The notes beneath the pieces are model-generated. The model saw nothing but the letters and a program-made list of their open reading frames with translations. It did not search any database and was not told the origin of the DNA. This document shows, piece by piece, positions 49,233 to 60,194 of a DNA stretch of 64,000 nucleotides. The stretch lies in assembly GCA_963849325.1 (NCBI GenBank), contig CAWKHF010000009.1, positions 320,001 to 384,000 on the forward strand, written 5' to 3'. The stretch comes from an uncultured Planctomycetota bacterium. Lineage in GTDB: Bacteria > Planctomycetota > Planctomycetia > Gemmatales > Gemmataceae. How positions within the stretch are numbered: position 1 is the stretch's first letter; each line of letters starts with the position of its first letter. A program made the translations under genes and the position numbers.

Positions 49233-50707
49233 ATGACCGATAGCACTCTCAATCGAACCTCGGCCCGCGATCGTGCCCAGACGCATCGCAGTCTGCGCGT
49301 GATCTTCGTCGATGACGAGAAGCCGCTGCAAGAGTTCATGCGCTCCGAGCTGCCGCGCCTGGGACACGAGGTCACGGTCTGCCCCGACGGACCCACCGCC
49401 CTCAAGGTCCTGGAGAAGGCCACCTTCGACGCCGCCATTCTCGACCTGCGCATGCCCGGCATGACCGGCATCGAGGTGCTGGAACACCTCAAGAAGGTCA
49501 GCCCGGACACCGAGGCCGTCGTCATGACCGGCCACGCCACCATGGAGACGGCCATCGAGGCCGTGCGCCTGGGGGCGCTCGACTACATCACCAAGCCGTG
49601 CAAGCTGGCCCAGATCGAGGCCGTGCTTGTGCAAGGTGGCCGAGAAACGCGAGCTGAAACACAAGAACCTCGCCCTGCAAACGCGCGTGCAGGCCGCCGA
49701 GGGGCCGACCATCCTCGTCGGCAAATCGCCGGCCATGGCCGCCGTCCATCGCCTCATCGACACCGTGGCGCCGACCGATTCGACGGTGCTCATCCTCGGC
49801 GAGACCGGCACCGGCAAGGAGCTGGCGGCGCGGACGCTGATGCAGAAGAGCAAGCGGGGCGACATGCCGTTCGTGCCGGTCAACTGCGGCGCCCTGGCCG
49901 AGCACCTGGTCGAGAGCGAGCTGTTCGGCCACCGCAAGGGAGCGTTCACCGGCGCCGACCGCGATCACAAGGGACTGTTCGAGGTGGCCAACGGCGGCAC
50001 GCTGTTCCTCGACGAGGTCGGCGAACTGAACAAGAACATCCAGGTCAAACTGCTGCGTTTCCTGGAATCGGGCGAGATCCGCCGCGTCGGCGACACCGAG
50101 CCGTTCCGCACCGACGTGCGCGTGCTGTGCGCCACCAACCGCGACCTGCGGACGATGATCCGCGAAGATCAGTTCCGCGAGGATTTGTATTTCCGCATCA
50201 ACACCTTCGAGGTGCGTCTGCCGCCGCTGCGCGAACGGCGGCCGGACATCCCGGAGCTGGCCCGTCACCTGCTGGCCCGCGCCGCGCGGCGACCGATCGA
50301 TCAGGTGGCCGACCTGCTCAGCCCCGAGGTCATCGACGTGCTGCTGGAACACGAATGGGACGGCAACGTCCGCGAGCTGGCCAACGTGATGGAGCACGCC
50401 TACATCCTGTGCCGGCGGCGGCAAGATCCTGCCCGAGCACGTGCCGCACTCGGTGCGCAGCCGACCAGCCGGCGCGCCACGCTCCGACTGACGGGCGACT
50501 CGGCGCCTGCGGCGCCATCGCTGCCGGCATCGCCGGCCAGCTCGGCGGCGCGGACGCTGCGCGAGACTGGAGATGGAGCACATCTTGCGCGTGCTGGAAA
50601 AGCACAGCGGCAGCAAGACCGCCGCCGCCGCCGAGTTGGGGATCAGCCTCAAGACGATGTACAACAAGCTGAATCAGCTCCAGGAAGAGCGCAAGTCGGC
50701 GGGATGA
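49233..50707 (+). CDS. sigma-54-dependent response regulator, NtrC family (frameshifts)
   Basis: receiver domain, [28 protein letters not shown], Fis HTH. Confidence 0.92.
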
Positions 50708-50960
50708 GCCGAGCCGCGAGCGTCACAGTAGTTTCAAGTTTCTTGGGAGGAGCTAATAGCGCAAGTGGTTTGTTGGCAGGGGTTTAACGGCGCCGAAAAG
50801 CGCCGAAGCCCTCGTCGGCGCTTTTCGGCGCAGCTGCCATCGCCTGGCCTCAATTCACTGCGGTTTTCATGGAGTTTTTCAAACTCCTCCCTTCCGACAA
50901 CCTTGAAACTACTGGTCAGCGAGCGGGGCTTGCTTCGCTCGCTGATGCTCGCGGCTCGGA
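50708..50960. repeat. REP-like palindrome interrupted by a MITE
   Basis: CCGAGCCGCGAGCGTCA|GCGAGC...GCTCGCTGATGCTCGCGGCTCGG reassembles when the insert is removed. Confidence 0.75.
50726..50914. mobile_element. 189-bp MITE
   Basis: 13-bp perfect TIR CAGTAGTTTCAAG; 4-bp target duplication GTCA; internal 17-bp-arm hairpin. Confidence 0.85.
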
Positions 50961-51575
50961 TTACGACGATGCGGGCGGCGTTTCGCCTCCATTCGCCTCG
51001 CCGGGCATGAAGAAAAAGTCCGCCACGCGACAGCGGAAATCGGGCAAGAGGTTGCCACCCGTGAGTTCTTCGTCCTTTTCAAGAACTTCAGGGACACAGT
51101 CCGGCCGGTAGATGGTGACGGTTTGTTCCTCCGGATCGATGAGCCAAACCAGCGGCACTCCCCACTTGATAAATCGACTGATTCGACGATTCACCTTGGT
51201 CAGTTGATCGTTAGGGGAAAGGACCTCGATCACCAAGGTAGGAATGTCTTCGGTCCACTTTGGATTCAGATCCGTGAAGGTGCGCTTCTTGTCGTAGAAA
51301 AAGAGGTCCGGTCCCTTGACGGTATCGGGACCGGATTCCCATAGGATCCCTGTATCATTGGCACAAGCGTATCCTTTGCGTCGTTGCCGGATATACGTAC
51401 TGAGAACGAATCCGGCATTGAGGCAGACGACGCCATGCACTTCTCCGGGGCGCGACACTTCCACCACCTTTCCGCGCTCTAACTCGAAACACCGGTCACG
51501 ATTCTCCGGCCGATGTACCCAGTCGTAGAATTCACCCGCCGTCATGGATTGTGCTGGTATCGTTATCGTCGTCAT
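50961..51575 (-). CDS. Uma2 family endonuclease
   Basis: ELERG, H, PD, EVLSPND, VWLIDP. Confidence 0.9.
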   Translation of the reverse strand: MTTITIPAQSMTAGEFYDWVHRPENRDRCFELERGKVVEVSRPGEVHGVVCLNAGFVLSTYIRQRRKGYACANDTGILWESGPDTVKGPDLFFYDKKRTFTDLNPKWTEDIPTLVIEVLSPNDQLTKVNRRISRFIKWGVPLVWLIDPEEQTVTIYRPDCVPEVLEKDEELTGGNLLPDFRCRVADFFFMPGEANGGETPPASS

Positions 51576-51647
51576 CTCTCCTCCTCGGGTTCCAGACAGA
51601 TCTTCGGCTATGATAATCTCGATTCGTCGTCAACCGCTACGGAGGTT

Positions 51648-53165
51648 TTACGGCCAGTTCACTACTTCCCCCCCGTTGCGCGTGAACAGTCCCTGCAACG
51701 TCTCCTTGGTGATCGACTGAGGCAGCACTTGTACCGAGCCGTCCGCGAAGCCCGTCACGTAGCCGCGCGACGCACGCGCCAGCCCCTTGAACGGGTCCAT
51801 TGGATCGTAGGGCCAATCCTCCGGTTTGGTCCACACGACGGCGCGGGTGTCCTCAACATCGACCAGCATAATCGTGTTCGACGTGCCGTCGGTGATCTCG
51901 GCGAGGCGCACGCCGCGCTTGTCGGGGAAGAGGGTGGCCTCGCCGAGCGGGGCGAGGAAGGTCGTCTTGCCGTCCTCCGCTAGATGGGGCGCACCGGCGG
52001 AGCGAAACACCGCCGGCATGCGCGCGATCAGCTTCTTGTTGTGTTCGCTGTCCCACGGCTCATCGAGGCGGAACTCCTTGTATAACGGCTTCTCGCCGAG
52101 GTACGGCAAGAGATGCACGCGCCAGCTCAGCAGGGGCTTGTTCTGTTTGTCGTAGCTGGCGGCGGCCGGGAAATGTTTGTTCGCATCGTAATACTCGTGC
52201 ATCGCCCGCAGGATGCGGCCGAGATCGTTCGTGCTCTGATCGCGCCGTATCCGCAGGCGGAATTCGGCAAACGGTCGCAGTAGGTTCGTCAGTTCCTTCT
52301 CGTCGTGCGTCAGCGTCAGACGGTCGCCGGCCACAGTCGGCGTCACGAGCGGCACAATCGCATCGAGATGGGGCGCGTATTCGGCGAGCACCTTGTTCTG
52401 GCCGAGCGCCTTGAAGAGACGAACCAGCGCGGCGCGCAGCGCCTTGGCGGACTCGGCATCCGGAGCTTGCAGGACCAGGCGCGCCCGAAGCGAGGGCGCG
52501 ACGTCCACACTCGCGGCCGCCCATTGCAAGCCGCGCGTCAAGTCCCGAGTTGATCCGCCGCCGAAATCCGCCGGCAGCGTGGGCAGCATTTCCTCGATGG
52601 CGCGGCGCGTGTCGGCCGTGGGCAGCAGAAACGCTTGCAACGCCGCGTCGCCGGCGACCGCGATGGCCCGAGCGAGTTCCGGCCGCTCGACCGGCTGGAG
52701 CTTGTGCAAGCGTTGCAGGGCCGTCTTGGGACCGATGACAACGGCCTGTCCAATCTTTTCCGCGGATTGATCAGTCTGTCTCACCAGACGCTTCAGGAAG
52801 GTCGCCAGCGCTTTGCCCTCGCCCTCCACCGGCGCCACAAAGAAGGAGCCATCGAGCAGATCCATCAAACTGAAGACGATGTAGATGTCCTTGCCGCCGG
52901 CCTTGCGGAAGGCCGGCAGCAATGCGTCCCAGCGCTGTCGGAGAGGATCGAAGTCGCTTTCCTTGCCGCCCGTCAACCGGGCGAACGCCTCCACAAGTGT
53001 TTTCGGTTCCAGCCGAGTCAGATCGACGTGGACGACGAGGATCGTGCGATCGTCGAGGTAGGGGGCGATGGTTTTGGCCACTTGACCGGGATCGAATTTC
53101 GACTCGGCGGCGTTGCTGGAGACCGTCACCGAGAGGGCGAGTGCCGCGGCGAGGAGTCGATACAT
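51648..53165 (-). CDS. secreted protein with C-terminal DUF1559-like domain
   Basis: signal peptide; LSWRVHLLPYL, EPWDSEHNKKLI, ITDGTSNTI, FADGSV. Confidence 0.8.
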   Translation of the reverse strand: MYRLLAAALALSVTVSSNAAESKFDPGQVAKTIAPYLDDRTILVVHVDLTRLEPKTLVEAFARLTGGKESDFDPLRQRWDALLPAFRKAGGKDIYIVFSLMDLLDGSFFVAPVEGEGKALATFLKRLVRQTDQSAEKIGQAVVIGPKTALQRLHKLQPVERPELARAIAVAGDAALQAFLLPTADTRRAIEEMLPTLPADFGGGSTRDLTRGLQWAAASVDVAPSLRARLVLQAPDAESAKALRAALVRLFKALGQNKVLAEYAPHLDAIVPLVTPTVAGDRLTLTHDEKELTNLLRPFAEFRLRIRRDQSTNDLGRILRAMHEYYDANKHFPAAASYDKQNKPLLSWRVHLLPYLGEKPLYKEFRLDEPWDSEHNKKLIARMPAVFRSAGAPHLAEDGKTTFLAPLGEATLFPDKRGVRLAEITDGTSNTIMLVDVEDTRAVVWTKPEDWPYDPMDPFKGLARASRGYVTGFADGSVQVLPQSITKETLQGLFTRNGGEVVNWP

Positions 53166-53199
53166 GCTTGTATTCTCCGTGAGGAGTGACAGGGACTTG

Positions 53200-54657
53200 T
53201 CAGCGTTTCGTGGCGAGTTCAAAGCGTCGGCGCGTCTGGGTTCCCTGCCCAGGCAGCGGCGGCACGTCCAGAATGGCGCGACCGTCCTTGACCTGGTAGA
53301 AGGCGTCGAAGCCTTTGCCGGTAGCGGGATCCAGCGGCAGCGGCACGAGGGTGAGGTCGCTCCACTTCGCCGGCGGCTGGCCCTCGTGCGCCGCCGCGTG
53401 CAGACGCAACGCCTCGGCACAGCGCAGGCTGGCGATGTTCATTTCGAGGCGGACCTTGGCGGCGTAGATTTTACTGAACGCCGGCATCAATGCGGAGAAG
53501 ATCGAAAGATTGCGCGAGACGGTTCGCATGTCCTTTTCCATCTGCGTCAGGGCCGGCAAGGCTTGCCATGACGGCAGCGCCAGCCACTTGAGGATGTCGT
53601 CGCGCATGCGGTCGTACTGGTCGAGAAAATAAATGAGGGCCACCTGCGCCATCGGCATGGCGTCCACCTCCTTGGCGGGATGCCCCTGGTCGAGCAGAGA
53701 CTTGCGTCCTTCGGGATAGACCTTCGCCGCCAGGACCGCGATGCCGAGTTTTTGCATGACGATCAGGTCTCCGCGCTCCTTGGTGGAACCGCTGAGATCA
53801 TTCAAGGCGTGGAACAGCTTTTCGAGAAGATGATCGACCTCGCGGACGGTCAGGGATGTTTGGTGCAGCTCGCGTAATTGTGGGAGGGAGCGATAGAGAG
53901 TGTTCAGCTCGCTCTCCATCGACTGGCGCACGTCGAGAAGGGGCTTGGGTAGAGCGGTGAGCGGCCAGTAGAGATTGGGCGAACCGGGGATTTGCAGCCA
54001 CTCCTCGACGCGGCCCAGCATGATCTGGGCGATAGCGATGGCGACAAGCTCCTGGATGAGCGTCTGACTGTTGCCGATGTGTCGCGCCAGCGCGAAGCCG
54101 GTTCGCAGCGTGTCGATGGCGTCGTCGAAGCGTCGCTCGGCCAGCTGATACCGGCATTGAACACTGAGCAAGAACGCAATGGTACGGAGCCCCTGAATGC
54201 TGCCCGGAATCAAGTCCTGCAGGTTCTGAAACGTCAGCTCCGGCTGTTGCCAGTCGCAGTATTCGCGGCGGGCTGCTTGTCGAGCCAGGCGGAGCGGGAC
54301 CGCATGGCGGGCCAGGAACGCTTGGACCGCCGGGCGCGGCAAGTTCTTGAGCGGCATCTCGCGACGATCCGACCATTTGTCCTCTTCCGGACTGATCTTC
54401 TGGTTTTTGCCGCGCTCGGCCAACATGGCCTCCTGCCATAACGGGGCGGCGTTGCCCGGCGTCCGTTCGAGAGGTTCGGGTAGCAGGCGATAGTGCAGAG
54501 CAGTCGCCGGCCTGGCCGTCGCCTGAACGGCCAGCCGGATCGGCGGCGGCAGAGAGGTTTCGGGTGCGGCCGGTTGTTTGTCGTCGCCTGCTCGGCTAAA
54601 GGGAACGAGCAGGATTATTACCACCATGAGAGATGTGAATACGAGATGACGTATCAT
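53200..54657 (-). CDS. secreted all-alpha hypothetical protein
   Basis: signal peptide, PGNAA, PNLYW.L, P.PLDP.TGK.F. Confidence 0.7.
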   Translation of the reverse strand: MIRHLVFTSLMVVIILLVPFSRAGDDKQPAAPETSLPPPIRLAVQATARPATALHYRLLPEPLERTPGNAAPLWQEAMLAERGKNQKISPEEDKWSDRREMPLKNLPRPAVQAFLARHAVPLRLARQAARREYCDWQQPELTFQNLQDLIPGSIQGLRTIAFLLSVQCRYQLAERRFDDAIDTLRTGFALARHIGNSQTLIQELVAIAIAQIMLGRVEEWLQIPGSPNLYWPLTALPKPLLDVRQSMESELNTLYRSLPQLRELHQTSLTVREVDHLLEKLFHALNDLSGSTKERGDLIVMQKLGIAVLAAKVYPEGRKSLLDQGHPAKEVDAMPMAQVALIYFLDQYDRMRDDILKWLALPSWQALPALTQMEKDMRTVSRNLSIFSALMPAFSKIYAAKVRLEMNIASLRCAEALRLHAAAHEGQPPAKWSDLTLVPLPLDPATGKGFDAFYQVKDGRAILDVPPLPGQGTQTRRRFELATKR

Positions 54658-54695
54658 GACAATGCTCCGGGGAAATAGATCGCGGAGGAGAGACA

Positions 54696-55157
54696 TCACA
54701 GGGATTGCAGCAATTGCTCGACGCTTTGAGGTTCCTCGGCGGAAGGAGCTGACGAGGGCATGGGCAAGCCATCCAGGCCCCAGCGTAACACTTGCTCCTG
54801 CATCTGGAGATAGGGCGATCGCGGACCCCAATCCCTCGGCTCCGCCGCGATGAGTTCTAACGGCGGCGAAGAGGCGCTTTCCTCCGTCCGCGGCGCGGAC
54901 GGCTCGGGTTGCGCTGCGGGGACGTAGACGACGCGCTCGACGACGGCCGGAGAGGGACGAATCAGCAACAAGATGCCGAAGGCAACGGCCAGCGCCGCCG
55001 TGCCGAGAGTGGCCAACGGCCAACCCCATCCGCGGGCCGACGCCCGACCGGCGCGGTACATCCAGACGGCGGGATCGATTGTCTCCGGCCGTGGCCGCAG
55101 GTCGCGCAGGGCCGACTCTAGCGCCGTCAACTCCAGGTCTTCGGGTCTTTCGGACAT
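54696..55157 (-). CDS. putative anti-sigma factor (single TM)
   Basis: overlaps the ECF gene end; LE.AL..L.P, .YRAGRA, TM. Confidence 0.6.
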   Translation of the reverse strand: MSERPEDLELTALESALRDLRPRPETIDPAVWMYRAGRASARGWGWPLATLGTAALAVAFGILLLIRPSPAVVERVVYVPAAQPEPSAPRTEESASSPPLELIAAEPRDWGPRSPYLQMQEQVLRWGLDGLPMPSSAPSAEEPQSVEQLLQSL

Positions 55158-55631
55158 GGTACGTGCAGCCTTTCCCGCAAGGCGTGCAAACCGGCCAGGT
55201 AACGCCGATGGGCGGTGCTCGACGAGACCCCGGTCAGCGCGCCGATTTGTTCAAAGGTCAAGCCACCCCACAGATGAGCGACCAGCGTCTCGCGCTGTTC
55301 GATGGGCAAACCTTGCAGCGCCGTCGTGGCGGCCTCGCCGTCGAGCCGCGCTGCGTCGGTGGGCAGGAACCAGCTCGACATCCGCCGGGCGGCGGTCGTT
55401 TCGTGACGGCGGCGCCGCCGCTCCGCCCGCGCCGCCGCGAGAGCGCCGTTGCGGACGACGCGATACAGCCAGGCCACGAGGTTGTCCGGGCGCGGCGCTG
55501 GGCCGCCAACTTGACGAACGCCTCCTGCACGACGTCTTCGGCGCGGCGCACCACTGCCGCGCATACAGCACCAGTGCCGCCGCGTACACGTCCAGCAGTT
55601 GGCCCAGTTGCTCCGGTCCCATCACTTCCAT
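55127..55631 (-). CDS. ECF sigma-70 factor (frameshifts)
   Basis: AEDVVQEAFVKL, AWLYRVVRN, LP.EQRE, GLTFEQI. Confidence 0.85.
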
Positions 55632-55773
55632 GATGCCGGCCGATGACGATTATCCCAGAAAAAAACGCCCGAACGAGGAGCCGAGAAGCGGAGAAGCGGT
55701 AAGGGCAAGGATTCTCGGGTCGTCGCCCCAGTCCGAACTGTTATAATAATAATTCCCCGCTTGGAGGTGGCGT

Positions 55774-57962
55774 ATGCAACGGCTTGCCGTGCCTGCCGCG
55801 ACGGCCCTGGATGACCCGTCTCTGTATTTCAACCGCGAATTGAGCTGGCTGGAATTCAACCGCCGCGTTCTGGAAGAGGCGCAAGACCTCGGCGTGCCGC
55901 TGCTGGAGCGCCTCAAGTTCCTGGCCATCTTCGAGTCGAACCTCGACGAGTTCTTCATGGTCCGCGTCGGCGGACTGCAGCAGAAGGTGCAGTCCGGCAT
56001 CGCCTACGGCTCCGGCGCCGACCGCATGCCGGTCAAGGAGCAGTTCGAGCGCATCGGCCTGACCGTGCGCGCCAGTGGCCGAGCAGACCTACCGCTGCCT
56101 CATGGATGAGGTGCTGCCGGGCCTGGAGCGCGAGGGCATCACGGTGCGCGGCCCACGCGATCTGAGCGAAGCCGACCGCAAGCACCTGGCCGAGGTCTTC
56201 CGCCGCGAGGTCTTCCCCGTCCTGACGCCGCTGGCCATCGACCCGGGCCATCCGTTCCCGCACCTGCTCAACAAGTCGCTCAACCTGGCCGTCATTTTGC
56301 AGCGGCCCGGACAGGCCGAGCAGCTGTTCGCCGTCGTGCAGGTGCCCAGTGTCCTGCCGCGTTTCGTGCCGCTGCCGGCCGAGGCTGGCCCGACGCCCCG
56401 GCACGTGTTCGCGCCGCTGGAGACGGTCATCCGCATGCACCTGTCGGAGCTGTTCCCCGGCATGCAAATCGAGCACGCCACCGTCTTTCGCGTCACGCGC
56501 AACAGCGACTTCGAGATCGACGACGACGAAGTCGAGGACTTGCTCAAGACCATCGAGGAAGAGGTGCGCAAGCGACGGCGTGGGGCGGCGGTGCGGCTGC
56601 AGATCGAGGCCGACGCGCCGGCCGAAGTCGAGCAGTTCCTTATGACCGCGCTGGACCTCGACCCGACCGACGTTTACCGTCACCCCGGCCTGCTCGACCT
56701 GACCGGCCTGTTTCAGATCCACGGTCTGCCGGGCTATCCGCACCTGCGCGATCCGCAGTTCGTGCCGCAGCTGGTACCGGAGTTCGCGCAGGCAGCCAAC
56801 TTGTGGACGGCCATCCGCGGCCGCGACATCCTCGTCCATCACCCTTACGAGTCGTTCAGCGCACGTCGTCGATTTCATCGATGCCGCCGCCAACGACGAG
56901 CGCGTGCTGGCCATCAAGCTGACGCTGTACCGCACCAGCAGCGATTCGCCCGTCGTCCGCGCCTTGCAGCGCGCCGCCGACAACGGCAAGCAGGTGACGG
57001 CCGTCATCGAGCTGAAGGCCCGCCTCGACGAGGAGCGCAACATCGTCTGGGCGCGCGAGCTGGAGAAGGCCGGCGTCCACGTCGTCTTCGGCTTCGTCGG
57101 CCTGAAGACGCACTGCAAGGTCGCTCTGGTGGTGCGCCGCGAGGACGACGGCATTCGCCGTTACGTCCACCTGGCCACCGGCAACTACAACCCGCAGACC
57201 GCCCGCATCTACACCGACCTCGGCTACTTCACCTGCAACCGCGACTTCTGCGAGGACGTGTCGGCGCTGTTCAACTACCTGACCGGCTACTGCGAGCTGC
57301 CGCAGTGGCGCAAGCTGGTGGTGGCGCCGAGCCGGATGCAGGCGTTCATGATCGAGAAGATCGGCCGCGAGACGACTTTGCAGCAGAACGGCAAGGAAGG
57401 CCGCATCATCGCCAAGATCAACGGCCTCCTGGAGCCGGCCATCGTGCAGGCGCTGTACCGGGCCAGCCAGGCCGGCGTGCAGATCGACCTGATTTGCCGC
57501 GGCATCTGCTCGCTGCGGCCGGGCGTGCCCGGCGTCAGCGACAACATCCGCGTCATCTCCATCGTCGATCGCTTCCTGGAGCACAGCCGCATTTTCTACT
57601 TCGGCAACGACGGCGACCCGCAGGTGTACATCGGCTCGGCCGACTGGATGGACCGCAACCTGAGCCGCCGCGTCGAGGTGGTGTTCCCGATCGAGCCGCC
57701 CGAGCTGAAACAGCGGCTGATCCGCGAGATCCTGGCGACGTCGCTGGCCGACAACGCCAAGGCGCGCGTGCTGCTGCCGGACGGCAGTTACGAGCGCATC
57801 CGGCCATCGGACGGTCAGATGCGCGTCCGCAGCCAGGAGCGCTTCCTGGAGATGGCGGCCCAGAATGCCGCTCGGCCGCTCGCCGACAATCCGCCGCCGC
57901 CCATCCCGTTTGTGGAACCGCAGCCCGTTACCCGGCGGCACCGCAAACGACAAACGAGTTAG
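55774..57962 (+). CDS. ppk1: polyphosphate kinase 1 (frameshifts near 56070 and 56865)
   Basis: [41 protein letters not shown]. Confidence 0.96.
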
Positions 57963-57965
57963 AAT

Positions 57966-58091
57966 AAATCCGAAATCCGAAATCCGAAAGAAATCCCAAA
58001 GAAGAAAATCGAAATCCGAAACAAACGTGTGAGGTTTTGAGTTTCGGTATTTGGGTTTGAGATTTCTTTCGGATTTCGGATTTCGGATTTT
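57966..58091. repeat. heptamer arrays (AAATCCG)n and inverted (CGGATTT)n
   Basis: directly visible between convergent genes. Confidence 0.85.
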
Positions 58092-58244
58092 CTAAGGCAT
58101 CGCTGGCTTGGCGCAGGGCGAGGGCGTGCCGTGCTCAATCGGGTAGACCTGGCAGTCGCAAACGCCGTGGCAGCGGTGGTGCGAGCAGCCGGCGAGCAGA
58201 CCGAGCAAGCCGAGGCCGATGGACAGCAACAATCCGCGATACAT
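58092..58244 (-). CDS. 50-aa Cys/His-rich lipoprotein
   Basis: AGGTAGGGA upstream, lipobox LAGC, HHRCHGVCDC. Confidence 0.6.
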   Translation of the reverse strand: MYRGLLLSIGLGLLGLLAGCSHHRCHGVCDCQVYPIEHGTPSPCAKPAMP

Positions 58245-58456
58245 AGCTTCCCTACCTTTCCTGTGTACACCCGACATCCTTGGCGGCCAATCCCTGGCCG
58301 TGCGGACGGTGCCAACCGCGAACGCGGATTGCATCGACGGCGCAAGGGACCGGCCTTGATGGAATCCGCCCCGACCTGCTAAACCGTCGAGTATGCACAA
58401 GCCGATCAATCGGCACAAAGGCCGGGGACCGAATCGAGAGAGGAGATGCGAGGCGT

Positions 58457-59140
58457 ATGGATGCGATCATTCTGGCGGCCGGCCTGGGCACTCGTCTGCG
58501 GCCGCACACGCTGACGACCCCCAAACCGCTCCTGCCCGTTCAGGGACGGCCCATCCTCGACTGGACGCTCGGCGCCCTGCCGAAGGTCGTCGATCGGGTG
58601 CTGGTCGTCACGCACTACCTGGCCGAGCAGATCGAGGCGTACCTGCGCCGGCAGGACCACTTCGCCGAGTGGAAGACGGTGCATCAGGGGACGCCGCGCG
58701 GCACCGGCGATGCTTTGCTGGCGTGCCGCGAACACCTGCGCTCCGAGCACTTCCTGGCCCTCAATGGCGACGACCTCTTCGGCGCCGCCGACCTGGCGAA
58801 GTTGGCCGGCCATCCGGCCGGCGTTCTCTGTCATCCGGTGGACGAACCGCGCCGCTTCGGCATCGCTTTCCGCAAACCGGACGGCACGCTCGATCGCCTC
58901 ATCGAAAAGCCCGACCTCGATGGCCGACATCTGGCCAACACCGGCGCCTATGTTTTCCCCCGCGGCGTCTTCGACATCCCCCTGACCCTGTCGTCGCGCG
59001 GCGAGTACGAGGTGACGCAATACGTCAGCGCGTTGGCCAAACGCCAGACCGTGCAAGTCGTCGAGGCGAGCTTCTGGCTACCGATCGGCACCGAAGAAGT
59101 GTGGCAGACGGCGCAGACGATGGATCTACCATTCGTTTAG
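58457..59140 (+). CDS. sugar-phosphate nucleotidyltransferase family protein
   Basis: ILAAGLGTRLRP.T...PKPL, GTGDA, NGDD, EKP. Confidence 0.9.
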   Translation: MDAIILAAGLGTRLRPHTLTTPKPLLPVQGRPILDWTLGALPKVVDRVLVVTHYLAEQIEAYLRRQDHFAEWKTVHQGTPRGTGDALLACREHLRSEHFLALNGDDLFGAADLAKLAGHPAGVLCHPVDEPRRFGIAFRKPDGTLDRLIEKPDLDGRHLANTGAYVFPRGVFDIPLTLSSRGEYEVTQYVSALAKRQTVQVVEASFWLPIGTEEVWQTAQTMDLPFV

Positions 59141-59198
59141 CCGCGACGCGCAGCGGAGCGCGGGACTCTCTGCGCTCCGCTGCGCGTCGCGGCTAAAC
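59135..59198. repeat. REP-like palindrome (GTTTAGCCGCG family)
   Basis: fills the whole gap between two convergent genes. Confidence 0.9.
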
Positions 59199-59837
59199 CA
59201 GGAACGGATTCGTTCGCATCTCGTGCCCAACCGTGGTGACGGGACCGTGGCCGGGGTAAACAACGGTGTCGGCGGGGAGCGTGAAGAGTTTGCGGCGGAT
59301 GCCGTCGAGCAGCAGAGGACCATTACCGCCGGGGAAGTCGTAGCGGCCGATGCCGCCGCGGAACAGCACGTCGCCGCCGAACACTTGGACGGGCGCGCCT
59401 GCGTGGACGAAGACGACGTGTCCGGGCGAGTGGCCGGGGATGTCGTGTACGGCGAAGACGAGACCGGCCGCCTCCACCGTGTCGCCTTCCGTCACGGTGC
59501 GATCCGCCGGCGGACTGAGGACGGCGAAGCCGAACGACGCGCTCAGGTTGGCCTCGGCGTCCGTGAGCATCCGCGCATCGCCGGCGCCGATGATCAGCGG
59601 AGCGTCCGGGGCCATCTGCTTCAGCGCCGCGTTGCCGCCGATGTGGTCGGCATGTCCATGCGTGTTGAGAATGGCCCGCACAGTCAACCCCTCTTCGCGC
59701 AGGCAATCCGTAATCAGCTCCGGCTCCAGCCCCGGATCAATGACCACGCATTCCGTCGAGCCGGGTTGCCATACCACGTAGGTGTTCTCCTCGAAGGGCA
59801 TCGAAACCAGCGTGCGGATGTGCGGCGCCGCCATCAT
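59193..59837 (-). CDS. MBL-fold metallo-hydrolase (glyoxalase II-like)
   Basis: THGHADH, PGHSPG, GD.LF, PGHG. Confidence 0.92.
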   Translation of the reverse strand: MMAAPHIRTLVSMPFEENTYVVWQPGSTECVVIDPGLEPELITDCLREEGLTVRAILNTHGHADHIGGNAALKQMAPDAPLIIGAGDARMLTDAEANLSASFGFAVLSPPADRTVTEGDTVEAAGLVFAVHDIPGHSPGHVVFVHAGAPVQVFGGDVLFRGGIGRYDFPGGNGPLLLDGIRRKLFTLPADTVVYPGHGPVTTVGHEMRTNPFLV

Positions 59838-60194
59838 GGTGAAACTCTCTCGATAACAAGGATCGTCCTCGGGAGTGCGACGGCGAGACGGCGGCGGATT
59901 GTGCCGCCCCGGACCTCGCTATTTCCCCTACCTTCACTCCCTTTTTTTCTCCGTCTTGCAAGCGACGTGTAAATTATACACAGACGGCTCTGGCGGCGGC
60001 AGGCAACCCTAGTCACGGGGTTTGATGCAAGTTCTTGCCGGCCAAACCCTTTGTTCCTCCGTGCGAAAAAGCCAGCGGCTGCTCGGAAGAACGGCACCAA
60101 AGCTGCTTTCGGAAGTGGCCCGTTGGAATTGAGGATTGAAAGATTGATGATTTGAAATCATCAATCCCCAATCCGAAGTGGAGGAGCGGCAGCC

